Source: the human T2T-CHM13v2.0 reference genome, Homo sapiens. From it: DNA of 64,000 nucleotides. The notes under the pieces are model-generated. The model had not been told where the DNA came from. It made no database searches and was given only the letters and a program-made list of their open reading frames with translations. Position 1 is the stretch's first letter; each line of letters opens with the position of its first letter. The DNA is taken from NCBI RefSeq assembly GCF_009914755.1, contig NC_060937.1; one strand, 5' to 3'. The position numbers were made by a program, and so were the translations under genes. Below, piece after piece: positions 1 through 14,975 of the stretch.

Positions 1-200
1 ATATGGTGAAACCCCATCTCTACTAAAAATACAAAAATTAGCTGAGTGTGATGGCATACATCTGTAATCCCGGATACTCAGGAGGCTGAGGCGGGATAAT
101 TGTTTGAAACCGGGAGGTAGAGGTTGCAGTAAGCCAAGATCATGGCACTGCACTCCAGCCTGAGTGACAGAGCGAGACTCCGGCTCAAAAAAAAAAAAAA
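1..200 (+). mobile_element. AluS-type SINE, cut by the window start
   Basis: ATGGTGAAACCCCATCTCTACTAAAAATACAAAAATTAGC linker, right monomer, and poly-A ending at about 200. Confidence 0.95.
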
Positions 201-499
201 GTACTTAGGATATGTACACTTCAATTTAACTCTATTATAATATTACAATGGATTAATAAAATTTTTCTTTTTATTTAATAAAAGAGTGCCCTGGCTTCTT
301 TTTGACATCAAAGGTAAACTATTTTATCTGAACAAATTGGGCATTCCCTTGCTGAGTCATACATGTTTAGGCACTAGCAAGGCAAGGAAGGCTAAATAAC
401 TTTTGACAGCTAAATAACTGTTGGTGTGTATTTGAATCACATTTCTAGGGAAAATGGCAGAGATTGGTTAATTATTCACAGAACAATTTCCCTTTCTCT

Positions 500-822
500 T
501 CTGGGCTTACACCAAAGATTATTTTCTGTTCTCCCTTGTCGTTGGATAGCAGGTATGTGACTGTTATGGCCCTTGCAACACACACAAGTGTTATTCATCA
601 CTGGCAGGCCCAACCCATACAAGCCCACATAACACTCCTTATCTCTTTCTCCTTGTCTGAAAATTCAAACATTGAAGGAGGTGGTCTAAAATATAGAAAA
701 TGATGCTGCAGCCAAGAATCTGTTCTTTGACCCACTCTGGACAATGATACAAAAAGGAATAAATGGTACTGTGTTTAGCCACTGAGATGTAGGGTTGTTA
801 TAGCAGCAAGCCTGTCCTAATA
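500..822 (+). mobile_element. Old MaLR/ERVL LTR fragment (MLT1-like)
   Basis: 3' end resembles MLT1: AATAAATGGTACTGTGTTTAGCCACTGAGATGTAGGGTTGTTATAGCAGC; boundaries approximate. Confidence 0.55.
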
Positions 823-1239
823 CTAGCACTGAAGCCAACTCAGTAAGCAGAGGTAGCTATGAGCAAAGACGATAGGAAAGGATAGGAGTTCTTCCCAATG
901 CTGAAACTTTTCATCCAAAATAGGCTTAAAGTAAGGGCAGTCTGAGCTTAGTCAAATTTAAGTAGGTCTGATGGAATTCCAAGATAATGAAAAAACATAT
1001 TTATACAGAAAATTCTGTACAAAAATTGTGACTCAGAATGAGATTAAATAGCTGTTTCCTCCTGGATTTTAAGTATGTAGCTTCCCTTCATCTTTGTTAA
1101 CACTCCTATTGCCCGTTTCTAGCCCAATCTTGTGTTTTCAAATCAGGAAATGCCTCAATTCACTTCTTTTAATTCGGCTGAGTTTTATCTGAGATGGCCA
1201 CTTCTCATCTGCGTGAACTTCAGAAGAAAATTTAATGTA

Positions 1240-1610
1240 TTTTGGCATTTGTTATCTCATCTATAAAATACAGTTAACAAGACAATGGTTTTTTTTAGCT
1301 GATTAAAAAATAAAGTACATCCTGAAGATTTTAACGGTTAAGAATACTGTATTGTATACTGGACATTTTCTAAGAGTAGATTTCAGATGTTCTCTCCACA
1401 GAAATAAAATAGGTAACTATTCAAGATGATGGATATGTTAATTGGCTTAACTGTATTCAATCAATTCACTCTGTATACATATATCAATATGTCATGTACA
1501 CAAATGCATACAAATAAATAAATAAATGCTTGTAAATTATGCTGCTTGTTGCATGGTGAGCATCCAATAAATGGTAGCTGCCACAGTTTGTTTTGTTAGT
1601 GTTTTTATTA
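1240..1610 (+). mobile_element. MIR interrupted by an L1MA 3' end (L1 at about 1335-1527)
   Basis: MIR core (TTATCTCATCTATAAAAT) and MIR tail (GAGCATCCAATAAATGGTAGC) flank L1MA-type 3' UTR sequence (GATGGATATGTTAATTGGCTT...AAATAAATAAAT). Confidence 0.65.
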
Positions 1611-2529
1611 TTGACAGATCCTAGTTAGGTTTTATCCTTTCAAATAGCTTATTGTTTCATATAATTTATTTATGGTATTAGGCTTCACGGTATGTATAAA
1701 TTACACAAAATGTTGTACATACATCCTTTTTAATTTCTCACCACCAACTCTTGAGTTGTCCATGGTTTCCATGAGGTTCAAATTGATTTTGTGTTCTAAA
1801 CTAGTTGCCACAGCACCTTTCTGTTAGAGGAGTTAATAAAGGGTTACAAGTTTAACATCCAATTCCACAGTTCATTTTAGATTGTAGGTAAGTTAATGGC
1901 AATCCATACTGCGCCCTTAATTTCTCAAGTGCACATTTGTTGAACAACTCAAAGTTCACCTTGAACTAAACATGCATCACACAAAGTAAAATAACATCAT
2001 ATCAAGAGTAAAAACAATAAAGATCTTTAAACGTGACATAATCAATGAGTGGTTTTTTATAGTAAACGAAAGATGAAAACTAATTTCTGTCTACTTCGAT
2101 GAGAAGTCTTTCATCAAACTGTTGGTGTAAGCATGTGCTTTCATATGCCAATGTAGCAACAATTCTACGGAAACATTTTGCACTTTTATCATAAAGGAGT
2201 GTCTCAGATAATTTTCCTTACACACTTAACTGTTTGATCCATGCAGGCCAATTTTGAAGTCACTGCTACTTTTGTTTATAAGGGAAAATGCCTGAGCCAT
2301 TGCAAAGAGAAATTAGGTCATTGATTAATTGATTATTAATTTCCTGTGCTTGATGTCTGGAAATGTCTTTTAGATTTTTTGGCTGGACATTTCAAGTGTG
2401 TAAAAAATCTGTAATGAATATTATATTTATAAATACTCTACTAATAACAAAATGTTGAAACTATGTTAATTTTATAATAAATATAATTTTTATAGTCTGC
2501 AATATGATTTATAAAAAGCAGGTATCATT

Positions 2530-2635
2530 AGGTCTAATTTGTAGATGATGAGAAAATAAGTTCAGAAAGGTGTGAAATCTCAAGGCAAATAGCTAATGAA
2601 TAGAAGGAATTGGGACTCAGACAGGGTCTTCTACA
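2530..2635 (-). mobile_element. MIR fragment
   Basis: GATGAGAAAATAAGTTCAGAAAGG...CAAGGCAAATAGCTAATG matches the MIR core in antisense. Confidence 0.6.
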
Positions 2636-5600
2636 ACCTGAGTAATAAACCCTGTTGCATTTCTTCTTCCTTTAATGCAACTCTTCAGCAAATATTTCCA
2701 ACAGAACAGTATTTTTATTTTATTTTTTTCTCTAAGGAACCCTCATATTCTTATTCCTATTTTCTGTCTTTTTTCTTCTAGTTTTTCTCCTTGCCAGCAT
2801 GCTATTCTAATGCATCCAACACAGAGACTGTACCTGTCTTGTTTTCAAAATATGGCTTCACGGAAACACACAGATTCTGCATTGCATATATCAGCTACAC
2901 AGCCACAAGATCAACCACAAGCATAATTAACTTTAAAGTGACTCAACTTCATTCACCATGATCGTTCTGTCTTTATTGAATTTTAATGTCTTTTATTTTA
3001 ATCAAACAATATCCCTTCACAGAATATACACTAAGAAATGAGTTTTCCTAAATGAAATTGCTTTTTTATTGCCATTCTACCATACACTCCATTTACATCT
3101 CTAGAACATTAAAATAATTCTTTGGATGTTGCTTCACCAGCAAGTGAAGTGTGTTATCCGTAAGAGCTCTGGTGGATGAAACACTTTCTCTCCAGGCATG
3201 GGCCGAGAAGCTGCATTAACAAGTCTGAATATCACCAGTGTTTCCAAAAATTACCCACCAGAGCTATAGACAAATTTTGTATCCTCAAAGCAATGAAAAT
3301 TTAAGAGATCTGTCCTTGGTTTTAATTTGTAATTTTTCTATGTCTTGAAGGAGGGAAGAAAAAAATATTAGAAAAACCACCTGAAAATATATGAAAACAA
3401 TTTTTTATTTTTAGAATGTGTGTGCAAAGCAAGATAAGTATTAAATAAATTCTGTTATTCTAACAGAATTGATTTTTCTTAAATCATTGTAAAAGGTATC
3501 TCAAACAATATATGCATAGAGTGTTTTAGCTACAGTGGTTTATTTTGAAATTCCTAAATTAAAGGATAGAGTTTCCAAAGCTAACGAGTTCTCTTTACAA
3601 TAAAAACATTCAGGACAAAAACTACCATTAAGCTGGGATTTTTATATTTATGTTTTATTACTTTATATTATGATTAAATTTATTACAGCTTTTATTTTAA
3701 CAATTTAGGGAAGGAAAAGGATAATTCTTGGTTAATAAAGAAAAACTAAGATATTTTAAAAACAGTAAAAATTGTGCATTTTTATGACTTCTTAGTACTA
3801 CATTTCTTCACTAGTATACAGTTTCTGGGTTTCTACATTATAAGTTTTAAAATCATTTCTTTATATATGCTAAGATTACATCCAGCTTCCAAGTTATGTA
3901 CGCAAATAACAAATTGGAATTCCATTACTCCAGAGGAATAATCTATTTGGGTTTTTAATCTGAACTGAATGACTTTTGGAAAACTATATATGATTGTATC
4001 CACATCATAAGTTTACAGGTAATGTTTCCAACTACTTAAAGGGATGGGGAGGATTCTACCTCTTTCTACAAGAGTTCTTGTCCAGTGCACAAAGCATGGC
4101 TGTACAAAAACTGGCTGCCACATACATCAATTGACTTTCAATCTCTGGTGAACAACTTACAAAGTAGGCATGAAAATAAATAAATAAAAGTTTAGAGATC
4201 ACTATAGAAGTCCCTGGAGAACATCCAAAACATAAATATGCTTGTAAGGAAGAATGAGAGAACAGCGATGAAATCACATACTCTGGTCTTTCAAAGAGAA
4301 AATGCATGTTATCCCCTTTATATAAAACCATAGAAGTTTCTAAACAAAGGTTATGGTTAGGTGAGGCCTTTAGTTAATCAGTTGGAGAAATGTGCAAAAA
4401 TGATTTGTTCCTCTCCTCATCGAGTCATGGAGTAGCATTCTTTTCATAGAAAAAGGATACAATGGAATAAATCTATGATGATAAAAAATCTCTTTTCCAA
4501 AGAGTGAGATTAAGTTGATATATATATATAATTAATATTTTAAGTATTCAAGTAACTGTTAGATCTCACAGTAAGAACTAATAGTTGTCTAAAATAATAA
4601 ACTCACCTCCAGTTTGTTGTTTTTTTTCAGTCTTGTCTAAATTATTTCGGTGTGAACTTTAGCGATAATATTATGGGGACAGTACGAATTTAGTGATGAA
4701 GGATGAATTTGGTTATGAAACCATTTGGACTCTCCTCACATAGTGCCATTTGTTTGCTCATCATAATATTTTCTCCAGGTTTTTGAGGTTTAGTCATTGA
4801 CAAAAAGAATACTTATTAAACACCTAATTTACCTTCATGATTAACTTTTAAGTTAGCAATATGTGTAAATGGTGGTTCCTAATTCCAGGCATATCTCTAC
4901 ATATTTCCCTTTTTGGTTTACACAGCTGCAGAAACTAACACATTTCAACAGGGCAAGCCAAAAATACATGGCACAAGTGCCAATTGAAGCCTGGACCCTC
5001 TGTGAATGCCAAAACAAGAGCAAAGCAAGGGGCTAACTGCACACATCAGAAAACTAAAACAGACAGAAAATGTATTAAGTAACATGAAATGTCAGGAAAT
5101 ATTGACTTGATTTTTATATTGTCTTTCATAAAATAAACAGATTTAAGACATAGCCACAAACTCAATGAACACTTTAGAACAAATTTTCATTCATCTCTGG
5201 GACAACAAGCTGAAAAATTTTTAGTTAGTATTGATGATGGGATTTATATATGTGCTGCTGAAGTGAGCAAAATGATGAATTTTAATGGTCAAAAAGGGCA
5301 TAGCATTTTAAATTCTGACAATTTTTGGAACTGTGTAACAATGTTTGAGGTTTTATGTTTTTATTGTTCTGAATAAATTGTTTCTATGTTACTGTTATTT
5401 TTGTGTGATTTTTTACATATTTATTATATTCCAATAAACTAGCATTATAAATGAATTTTAAAATGCTCATAATTAATAGTGACAACATTCTAATAAAACT
5501 AACAGTGCTGATTTTCATGTATTTTTTTCAACTCTTGAAATGTAAGCTAAAACTTTGGGAAACATGGTTTTGTCACAATTTTACATGAAATGATTACATG

Positions 5601-6408
5601 AAGAGTTTTTAAATTAAGAGCTTGTCTTCAGTTCTTGGTAACATTTATGATATTTGATTTATTATTCTGGAATTTTAAGCAACAGCTTGAGTAAATATAT
5701 AGATAAAGATAAGTAATTTGAAAAATCCTTAAAGAATGCTATGCTTTTCATCACAGACAGTTGGTCATTACCCTCCACATATTATAGTTATACATAATGC
5801 AAATTAGAAAAATAATCATTCAATATTATTATCTGATTTTTTTGGAAATTACTATGAGCGTTGTTTAACAAATTTCAAATTTCTTGTACATTCTTTTTTC
5901 CCTATTTAAATTTCAATTTCAGAAGGCAATGACTTGGTTAAGTCAGCTTCAGAAATTATTTTCCCCCTCTACAAATTCACCTGTTTATCTCTAATCCCTG
6001 GCTAGTTCAAGACTGATCCTATAATCTGTTAATATCTGATTTACAGAGAGCCAGTTGTGCCCCACGGAGACTAAGCCATTCTTACTCTCCAGCACATTAA
6101 GAATTAATATTTACCCTTACTGGACCTTTAAGCTTCCACAAGAAACTTTAACAAAAGCTGTGCAAATCCCTACCCAACATATACTGAGAGGATTAATAAT
6201 AATTCCTTTTGATCAGAATTACTCTGTTGGCCAGTAATGGTTTCCATGGTAATCATGTGGTAGACAGGGCTGAGACTGATTTCATCAGTTGTAAGACATC
6301 ATTAGAATTATCCTACATGTCTAATTATAACTTTCCATGACTAACTTTTACATAGTGTAGCTCAGAGGCACAGGAAATGAAGTTATAACTGTTAGAAAGC
6401 TTCCATGA

Positions 6409-6813
<405 letters not shown>

Positions 6814-6969
6814 TAGAAAGTATTTTTATGAGAACTGGAGCCAAGAGCAGTATCAATGAGAATTTCACTGAAAGATTATTGTGCTGACAACAAAAACAAC
6901 AACAACAAATTTGGTTCCTAGACAGCTTAGACTTCAGAAAATATTAGCATATTAGAAAAATTGTAACAC

Positions 6970-7205
6970 ACGATGATTGTGGTGATCTTTTCACTATATA
7001 TATAATATATATATAATATGTATTATATCTATCATATATAATATTATATATAATGTATATTATATAATTTTATTGTATTATATAAAATATATTACATATA
7101 TTATTTTACTATATTATATATTATATATATATAAAATCACCATGTAGTACACTTCAAATATATATAATTTTTTTGCCAATTATATCTCAATACAGTTGGA
7201 AGGAG
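6970..7205 (+). mobile_element. L1MA/L1MB 3' end with an internal (TA)n expansion
   Basis: GATTGTGGTGATC...AAAATCACCATGTAGTACAC...CAATTATATCTCAATACAGTTGG. Confidence 0.7.
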
Positions 7206-7394
7206 AAGATAATTTCACTAAAAATAAAAAAGCTGAGTATCTTCTTTGTCCTCTTCTGATTCCTATTTTTTCAAGGGGAAGATTTAGTTCATTGCAGAAA
7301 GTTAGTTGAAATGCTATACATATATTTACATATGCATATATACACGCTGTTCTATATTTATCTACCTATACAGATAAATTAATAGATGTAGATG

Positions 7395-7810
7395 TGTGTA
7401 TATATATACACATATATATAATATATATACACATAAAATATATACACATATATAATATATACACACATATATAATATATACACATATATATTATATATAC
7501 ACATATATAATATATACACGTATATATTATATATACACATATATATTATATACACATATATATTATATATACACATATATATTATATACACATATATATT
7601 ATATATACAGATATATATTATGTATACACATATATAATATATACACATATATATTATGTATACACATATATAATACATACACATATATATTATATATACA
7701 CATATATAATACATACACATATATATTATATATACACATATATAATACATACACATATATTATATATACACATATATACACACACACACACACAAGCATA
7801 CACATATATA
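7395..7810. repeat. AT-rich minisatellite with 17-19 bp units (ATATATA[A/TTA]TATATACAC), ending in (CA)n
   Basis: Tandem units directly visible; explains the repetitive ORFs 7379-7756 and 7599-7910. Confidence 0.95.
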
Positions 7811-10800
7811 AAGAAAAAAATATATATCTATATTTTCCTTTCTCTTCCATGTTTATTTCAAAGGCTTGGTAAGCCTTTCGATGCCAATTTCTAAGCATGA
7901 GCTTCCACAAAATGGAATGTCATAACTTAGATATTACATAATCTGGAAATTTCCTGCAAACTTGTCTTTCAAACTATTTAAAAATAAAGCATTTCTCCAA
8001 AAGTGCAAAATTGAAAGAATTATAACGTTCAAAACTAGCAGCTATTAAAAGAGAAATAATCAGGGTTTATATGTGATGTGTGTATGTATGTATTTGTGTG
8101 TATGTGCTTCAGGTGAAAACATCTGAACCTTTCAATTTTTGAAACAGAAAGTCCATTAGCAGAATTTTGTTCCAGTGTCCAGCTGGTTACCCTAATAAAA
8201 AGAGTAACCAACATTTGCCAAGCTTTCCAGTTCAGCACTTAATCCTTATTTTAAAGGCAAAATCCACACTCAGAAATGTTTAAAAAAAATGGAAGACAGC
8301 TGGATATTATGATATAAATTAAATACTGTGGATTTGCATGTTTATGCCAATGTATAGCAATTCCATTAAAAATAACTATTACTGGAATTTCTGAAAGATG
8401 AGTAGGAAAAAGAAGACCCAAAATGAGGTACACCTCGAAGAAACTAGAATTATAAAAAGGCTAAAAGCCATGATTTATAACGGATATTAAAAGATCCATG
8501 CTACATATGAAAGGAATGTTACTAGTTCTCTGTGCTGTGGATTAAAACACATTCTCTAGAGTTAAGGTGAGGCAGGTGAATGGAATTCCATTTTGATTCC
8601 CTTGGGCAATGATTGGAGATGAAGAAATCATATGTTCATATTACATGAAAGAATGTTTATATTGTCTATCACATTCAAAAAATCTTAAAGTTGTAGCATC
8701 GGTCAAATGTTAGAATCATTTTATCTAACGAAGCTGTAGACTGTAAAAAAAATAGAATTTCTTAACTTTTATTCTAACATCCAGTCATAATTTTTAAAAA
8801 TAAGCATATAGAATGCACTTGTAAATGAACAGCACATTCTATAAATAAACCAGTTGTCAAAAACAAGAGCAATAACAGAGATTTTCTAAAAATCTAACTA
8901 GGATTTGGACTTTAAAATGATAACTTTAACATTTCCTTTCTAAGCCATTTAGCTTGTTCATAAGTTTAGGAGTGTGACAATAGTCATGCAACTAATTAAT
9001 AAACATTGTTTTCTTAACTCTCAGGAAGAAAGTGTCTTTTAAACAAAAATTAGGAATAAAAAATGCATACTTCTCTATTTACGGTCGGAAATATTTAGTA
9101 AATTTTATGAAATGTTATTTTTCTGAGCCCGATAAAAAATGTTGAAAAGCTTCTAATATATTTTTAAGTTGCAAAATAGATTTCCTTTATCAATTGAAGC
9201 ATCCATTTTATGGCATTTTTCAACACAACTCCACTTGAACATGTGTATTAAGAGTTAACATAACTAATAGCCTTGGAGATTTGAGTCTAATATTAGGCTT
9301 ATAAATTATACTGTTCATAATAAACTGCTAATGCTTCAAAAAATATAACTGGGAATAATTACCACAAATTATGATACTATGTCAAAGGAATCTGCCCATA
9401 TTAATGCATCTTCTCCCAAGAAATTTACTTGTGTCTCTCTTTTTAAAAATTTTTGCAAATAAAAAAATTAATTTGGCAATCTTTTCTACTTCATGTTTTA
9501 ATATGTGTGTGCGATTAAATCTATCTGTGGCAATTAGGACTGGATTCTATTTTGTCAGTCTGTCATTTATTGTAGCAAGTTTTAAATAAAGGTTGCAAAA
9601 CTTAATATAATAAAAACTGAAAGCATGGTTAGCTAGGATAAAGCTAATCTGTTTATTAGAAATACTTGAACAAATAATAATTGAAATAAAGTGAGTGAAA
9701 GTTGTCTTGTAATTTGTAAAAGGTGGGTATTCAACGAATTAAATTTAATGTTGCAAGGGGAAAGTAAAACATAATTAGATTATTATCTTGAATGTATCTT
9801 TGCCATATTGCAAATCCAACTCAACTGATTTTCAAGTAGTGAAAAAATATGAGGTAATGACATTATATCTGAGTTCTTTCAGTTTGGAGAACAAGAAGAA
9901 GAAAAAATCCTACCTCTTTCTCATTGTGTGAACCTCACTGTTGTCATTTATGCCTTAATCATTTAGTTATCACACTGTAATTAGTTCCTAATTGGGTAAT
10001 ATTTGGCTGAATAGGTTCCTTTCTTTTCTCTCTTTATCCAATAAAGAAAAAAAATGCTGGTGGGAAATTTAGTTATTGGCTCTTTAGGAAGCAATTTCTC
10101 AGTCCAAAACAGACACAAATTCAAGTCCCAGAAAATGGTGTGCTTGAAATGAGAAAATCTCATCGTGTAGTATTTTCTGATGACCTAATATTGGAAATTT
10201 TGTATTTTTGATGGCTCAGAACCACAGTACCCGACATACATCCCCAGAGAAATAGCTGTTTGCTACCTGCAGTGGACGTGTGAAGTGCACGTGGATGTGT
10301 GCAGTAAACTGAGTGAATGCCATGTTTTACATTTTAAGGGCCAGGCCCTAATTAGAGTACTGTGTTAGTTCTTTTCACTACATAGCAAAAAGACATTGCA
10401 ACATTTTAAGGAAAAGATTAGTAGAATTTTAGCTAGTTTAAAATCCTAGGATTAAAGAGACTGAGTTATGAGGACAGGTCAAAATCTTAGTGTAAACGGA
10501 AATGTTTGAAATTCCATATACAGACCTGTCTTTATAACATGTATAAAATCACATGCAGTTTTGATAATACCACATCACAGAAATTGGGACAGAGACTTAA
10601 TTGTGGGCTAACAAAGGCAAATTAGACCATATATTAAAAGTACCATAGTAATGAAAGGAAAATACTTGGATATGGAGGTGGGAGGAAAATTATTTGCTTG
10701 TAAAAGAAATAACTAAAACATTTGCTGCGTACTATTTTTGAATTTCAAATAAGTTTTTGTAGTCATACAATCAAGTTAGTAGATTTGTTTCAGGAAATTA

Positions 10801-12169
10801 ATTAAGTTATGCTGCAAGAATTTATTTGAAAGCATAAAATAATTCTAAGCTGAACAAATGGTGATCATGCAAACTTAGCCACATTTTGGTATTCTTGGTC
10901 CTCTTACTAGTCCAATTTCTTCTTAGTTTCAATCAACACTTCAGCCCCCAGCAGAAGTGAGAAGCCTTTGATATAAAGAAATTGAATAGTTTAGACAGTC
11001 TTCTTAATGCAGCTCAGCAAGAGACAAGGGGATAAAATCATCTGCTCCTCCTAGTGAGCTTATATAATCTTCCATAAAACACTGACTGGAACCAAAGAAA
11101 GAAAAAAGAAATCTATATCTGATGGTGCTTTTATATTAAATACCCAATTAGCCACTAGTATTTGAACATGTAGCCAGGAGAAGGCCTTCAGAATGTTTCA
11201 GACAAACAAGAACGTTAATGAGAGTGAAACTGAATATCATTTCAGGATTAAATGTGCCATGCAATGACAAGATAAAACTTCAAAGTGATTACTTAGTCTT
11301 TTTTGTTCATTTCTCATTATAACGTCTTCCTGTCTGCCTTCTTTTCTCTTTTTTCTTCTACTGTATTTAGTTAAGAATATGGATTGGTTTTGAGAACAAA
11401 CTATCATCTGGACTTGATATTTTGTTCTGCCACTCTTAGCTTTAGGACTAGGGGCTTGCCACCTGACTTCCATCATTTTCCACTGTGTTATGGGTATAAT
11501 GGAGATATTAATGCTGTTACGCCCACCTCACAAGAGTGTTCAGAAAATCCTATCTCACAAATAAAGTGTAAAGCTAAATAAAATGTTTTAAATACATATA
11601 AATGCATACATAAGATCAAGACCCCGTTGGCAGAATTTTTCAAATAACTGAAATAGTCAAATCATGCATTTAAATGTATGCATAATGGCCTTCTAAATTT
11701 TTATTAAACTTTTATATCCCAATCGTACAGTAATATAAATAAACTGATTATAATATTCCTTTAATAAAGATTATATTATGCATCCGTACTAATTCTATTC
11801 TAGAGTTAGAAAAAGTTTTTCTATATATACTTATTAGATTAATTGTATGTGAGAGACCTTTTAATGCCTAGATCAAAAAACATATACATATTTTATCAAT
11901 TATACTTCATGAGTGTTACCTCATTTACACAATAGGCAGGACAATTGCTTTGGAAAATGTCATTATAAAATATAAAGGAGGCAAAAGAATGCTTCCAATA
12001 CTTCCATTCATTCATTTTGGAAGAGTTTATTTTTTCAAAGTATAAAGAAACAGTGAAAAAACACAGACAACCACATCTTACCCTAGAAAATGTCAGTAGC
12101 CATCAGTTTATTTTATTTATGATCTTTCAATATTGTATAAAATCTAGAGGGTGTGCAATTAGTTAATAC

Positions 12170-12560
12170 CACAATAAACAAATTTATTGCCATTTTGCAC
12201 CAAAACATATTTAATTTAATAGCATATATTACGCCTATGCTATTATACAATATGCTCTAAGATTTAAAGATGATTAGGAGTCTATGCCATTGAGAACCTT
12301 TCATATGGACATGAGAAAGCATTGTCTAAATAATGGTAATGAATGATAGGATATTTTCTAGAGAACTATGAGTGAAGAATAATGGAATGTGAAAGCACTT
12401 TCCTGTTGGCTTGAGGGCTCCGCAGAGACTTTGAAAGAAGATTAAGCATTTAGAGTGACATAGAAGGATCTATACTATTTCAATGCAAACAGTGGAGAGC
12501 AGTGGGGAGGAAAGATTGAACAAGAGTTTGAACATACAAGACCATTTGAATAATACAAGT
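12170..12560 (-). mobile_element. L2 3' fragment
   Basis: AATAAACAAATTTATTG start followed by degenerate antisense L2 sequence; boundaries approximate. Confidence 0.45.
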
Positions 12561-12691
12561 AGTGACCAATGGCGTTTTCAAGTGGAGTTGTGACACTGCC
12601 AATGTCCATAAATGGTAATCTACATCTTAGGTAATTTTTATGCCAAAATTTCTATTAGCTTAGGAAAGTAATGGGTATTAAAATTCACTCA

Positions 12692-13132
<441 letters not shown>

Positions 13133-13577
13133 AAAATTCACTCAAAAAACTATATTTCCAATGCCAGGTATATGCTGCACAAAATGAATGAAAGGAATAC
13201 TTTACAGAATAAAATTCAGGAAATATGAATCTAATTTAGATGACTGTCTATTTTACTAACATTTTAGAGAATTACCTCTACAGAATGTGTTTTGGTATAT
13301 AATTTACCTAATATGATTATTGCAAAATAATAAGTGGGGTCTATTATTTCAACAAATTTCCAAGGTAGCTGCTATGGGGATATTTTAAAATGAACCTAAA
13401 CATAAGAACAATTTTGATTAATTTCAATATGCCTTTCTCTTCTAAATTATTATTTACTTAATATTTTCAAAGCTACTATGAATTAGTTTAACAATAAAAT
13501 AAGTCCTTTCAGTAATTATCACAATTATTTGTATTCACATAGTACATTTTATATTCAAAACACTAGCACATCCAAAA

Positions 13578-13690
13578 ATTGTTTACAAATGAGGAATCTA
13601 AGGTTCAGAAAGATGAAATCAATTCCCAGAAGTCACAAAGCTACCAAATGAAACACGCAGGACTAAAAATCAAGTGTTTTGCTATCTAGC
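13578..13690 (-). mobile_element. MIR fragment
   Basis: TTTACAAATGAGGAATCTAAGGTTCAGAAAG...AAGTCACAAAGCTA. Confidence 0.7.
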
Positions 13691-14884
13691 TATCTGGCAA
13701 AGAAAAATAAAACATAAAGATCTAATGTATACTATTAACATATGGAAAATTAATCTACATTTTTAAATTGGAGATCCTGTGATATTCCTTTTTCACTAGA
13801 CTGTTTAGCAACTTAGAATGTGTTTGCATACTATTACAATTCAAAGATAACAATGGCAATAACTATCTTTTTCAATACTTTTGATATGTTAACAATATTT
13901 CCTGCAGCATTTTTGCTTGCTTGTTTTTAAATCCGGGCTGAGGTCTAGACTGTCATGGGTCCCCTAAATTCTGAAATATTCTTTTAGGTCTTCATGACAG
14001 TTGTGTCTTTGATAATCCTATGAAGTATGTGAACATATCACTGCAATCAATAACAACTTTATCAACTAATATCTGAAAGAAAATTACTTGATAGTATATA
14101 TAAGAAGACTGCAGAAGAGAAGCATGTAGGTAAATACTGAGAGAGGAAAATGCTTTTTGAGGAGAGGATGGGACATTTTTTCCATTCTAATAATATGACC
14201 TATGACTGGTCTTTGTAAAGAACCTCACTGTTCTTCAGTTAGATTATATAAAGGGCACTGCATATTATGCTCAATAGATCCAAAGCATAGCATAATAAAC
14301 ATGCCCCTCCAAACAAACTCTATTTTGCCAAGTTTTAAACTCTGCCAACATTTTAGCATTTTCCCCATAGCCCAAACTCAAAATTTTGGATGGGTTTCTG
14401 ACTGTTCCCTCTTCCTCATCCCCATTTATAATATTTATATATTTCTTGAAGATCCTTTCTTTTGAGTGCTTTGGAACTTACATGAATTGTCACATTCTTA
14501 CACCACTTCTTTGGTTCATGACCTCATTTCTCTATGTCCAGATTGCTGAAATAAACTCCTGACCTTTAGTCTTCTCAATCTGCTCAGATTACCAGTTCTA
14601 TGACACCATTCTCCTGAATCCAAGAATGCAATTACTTTCTCAAAGTAATTGCAAATAAGAGTTTGCAATTACTTTTCCAAAGCTTCTTAAGTCAAGTGCA
14701 CAATCATATTAGTGGCCCCTGAGAAGCTCTATACATTCGTCTTGATTATACAGGCAAATGTATCACTTTACCTAAACATATACTGTTTTAATCAAGACAT
14801 TACCCTGAGGATTATTATCCCTTTTCATAAATATCCCTTCTCACATGACTTCAGTCAAGATAATCTTTTCATTTAGAATATGCT

Positions 14885-14975
14885 CATCCATCTATCCATC
14901 CATCCATCCATCCACTCATCCATCCATTCAGCCAGCCACCCATCCATCCATTCAGCCAGCCAACCACCCTACCAG
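14885..14975. repeat. (CATC)n/(CAGC)n degenerate tetranucleotide repeat, probably an expanded L2 tail
   Basis: Directly visible; followed by antisense L2-like sequence to about 15180. Confidence 0.85.

Noticed and set aside
1871-1893. TTTTAG|ATTGTAG|GTAAGT as a microexon or recursive site
   Set aside because: The donor is consensus, but the polypyrimidine tract is short and interrupted by AGs. Such matches are expected by chance in 64 kb.
4600-4790. Minus-strand donor GAG|GTGAGT at about 4607
   Set aside because: No convincing upstream acceptor and no recognisable coding frame
8251-8433. Hydrophobic minus-strand ORF containing IVIFNGIA
   Set aside because: No splice sites or extended similarity that I can recognise; AT-rich codons give hydrophobic peptides by chance
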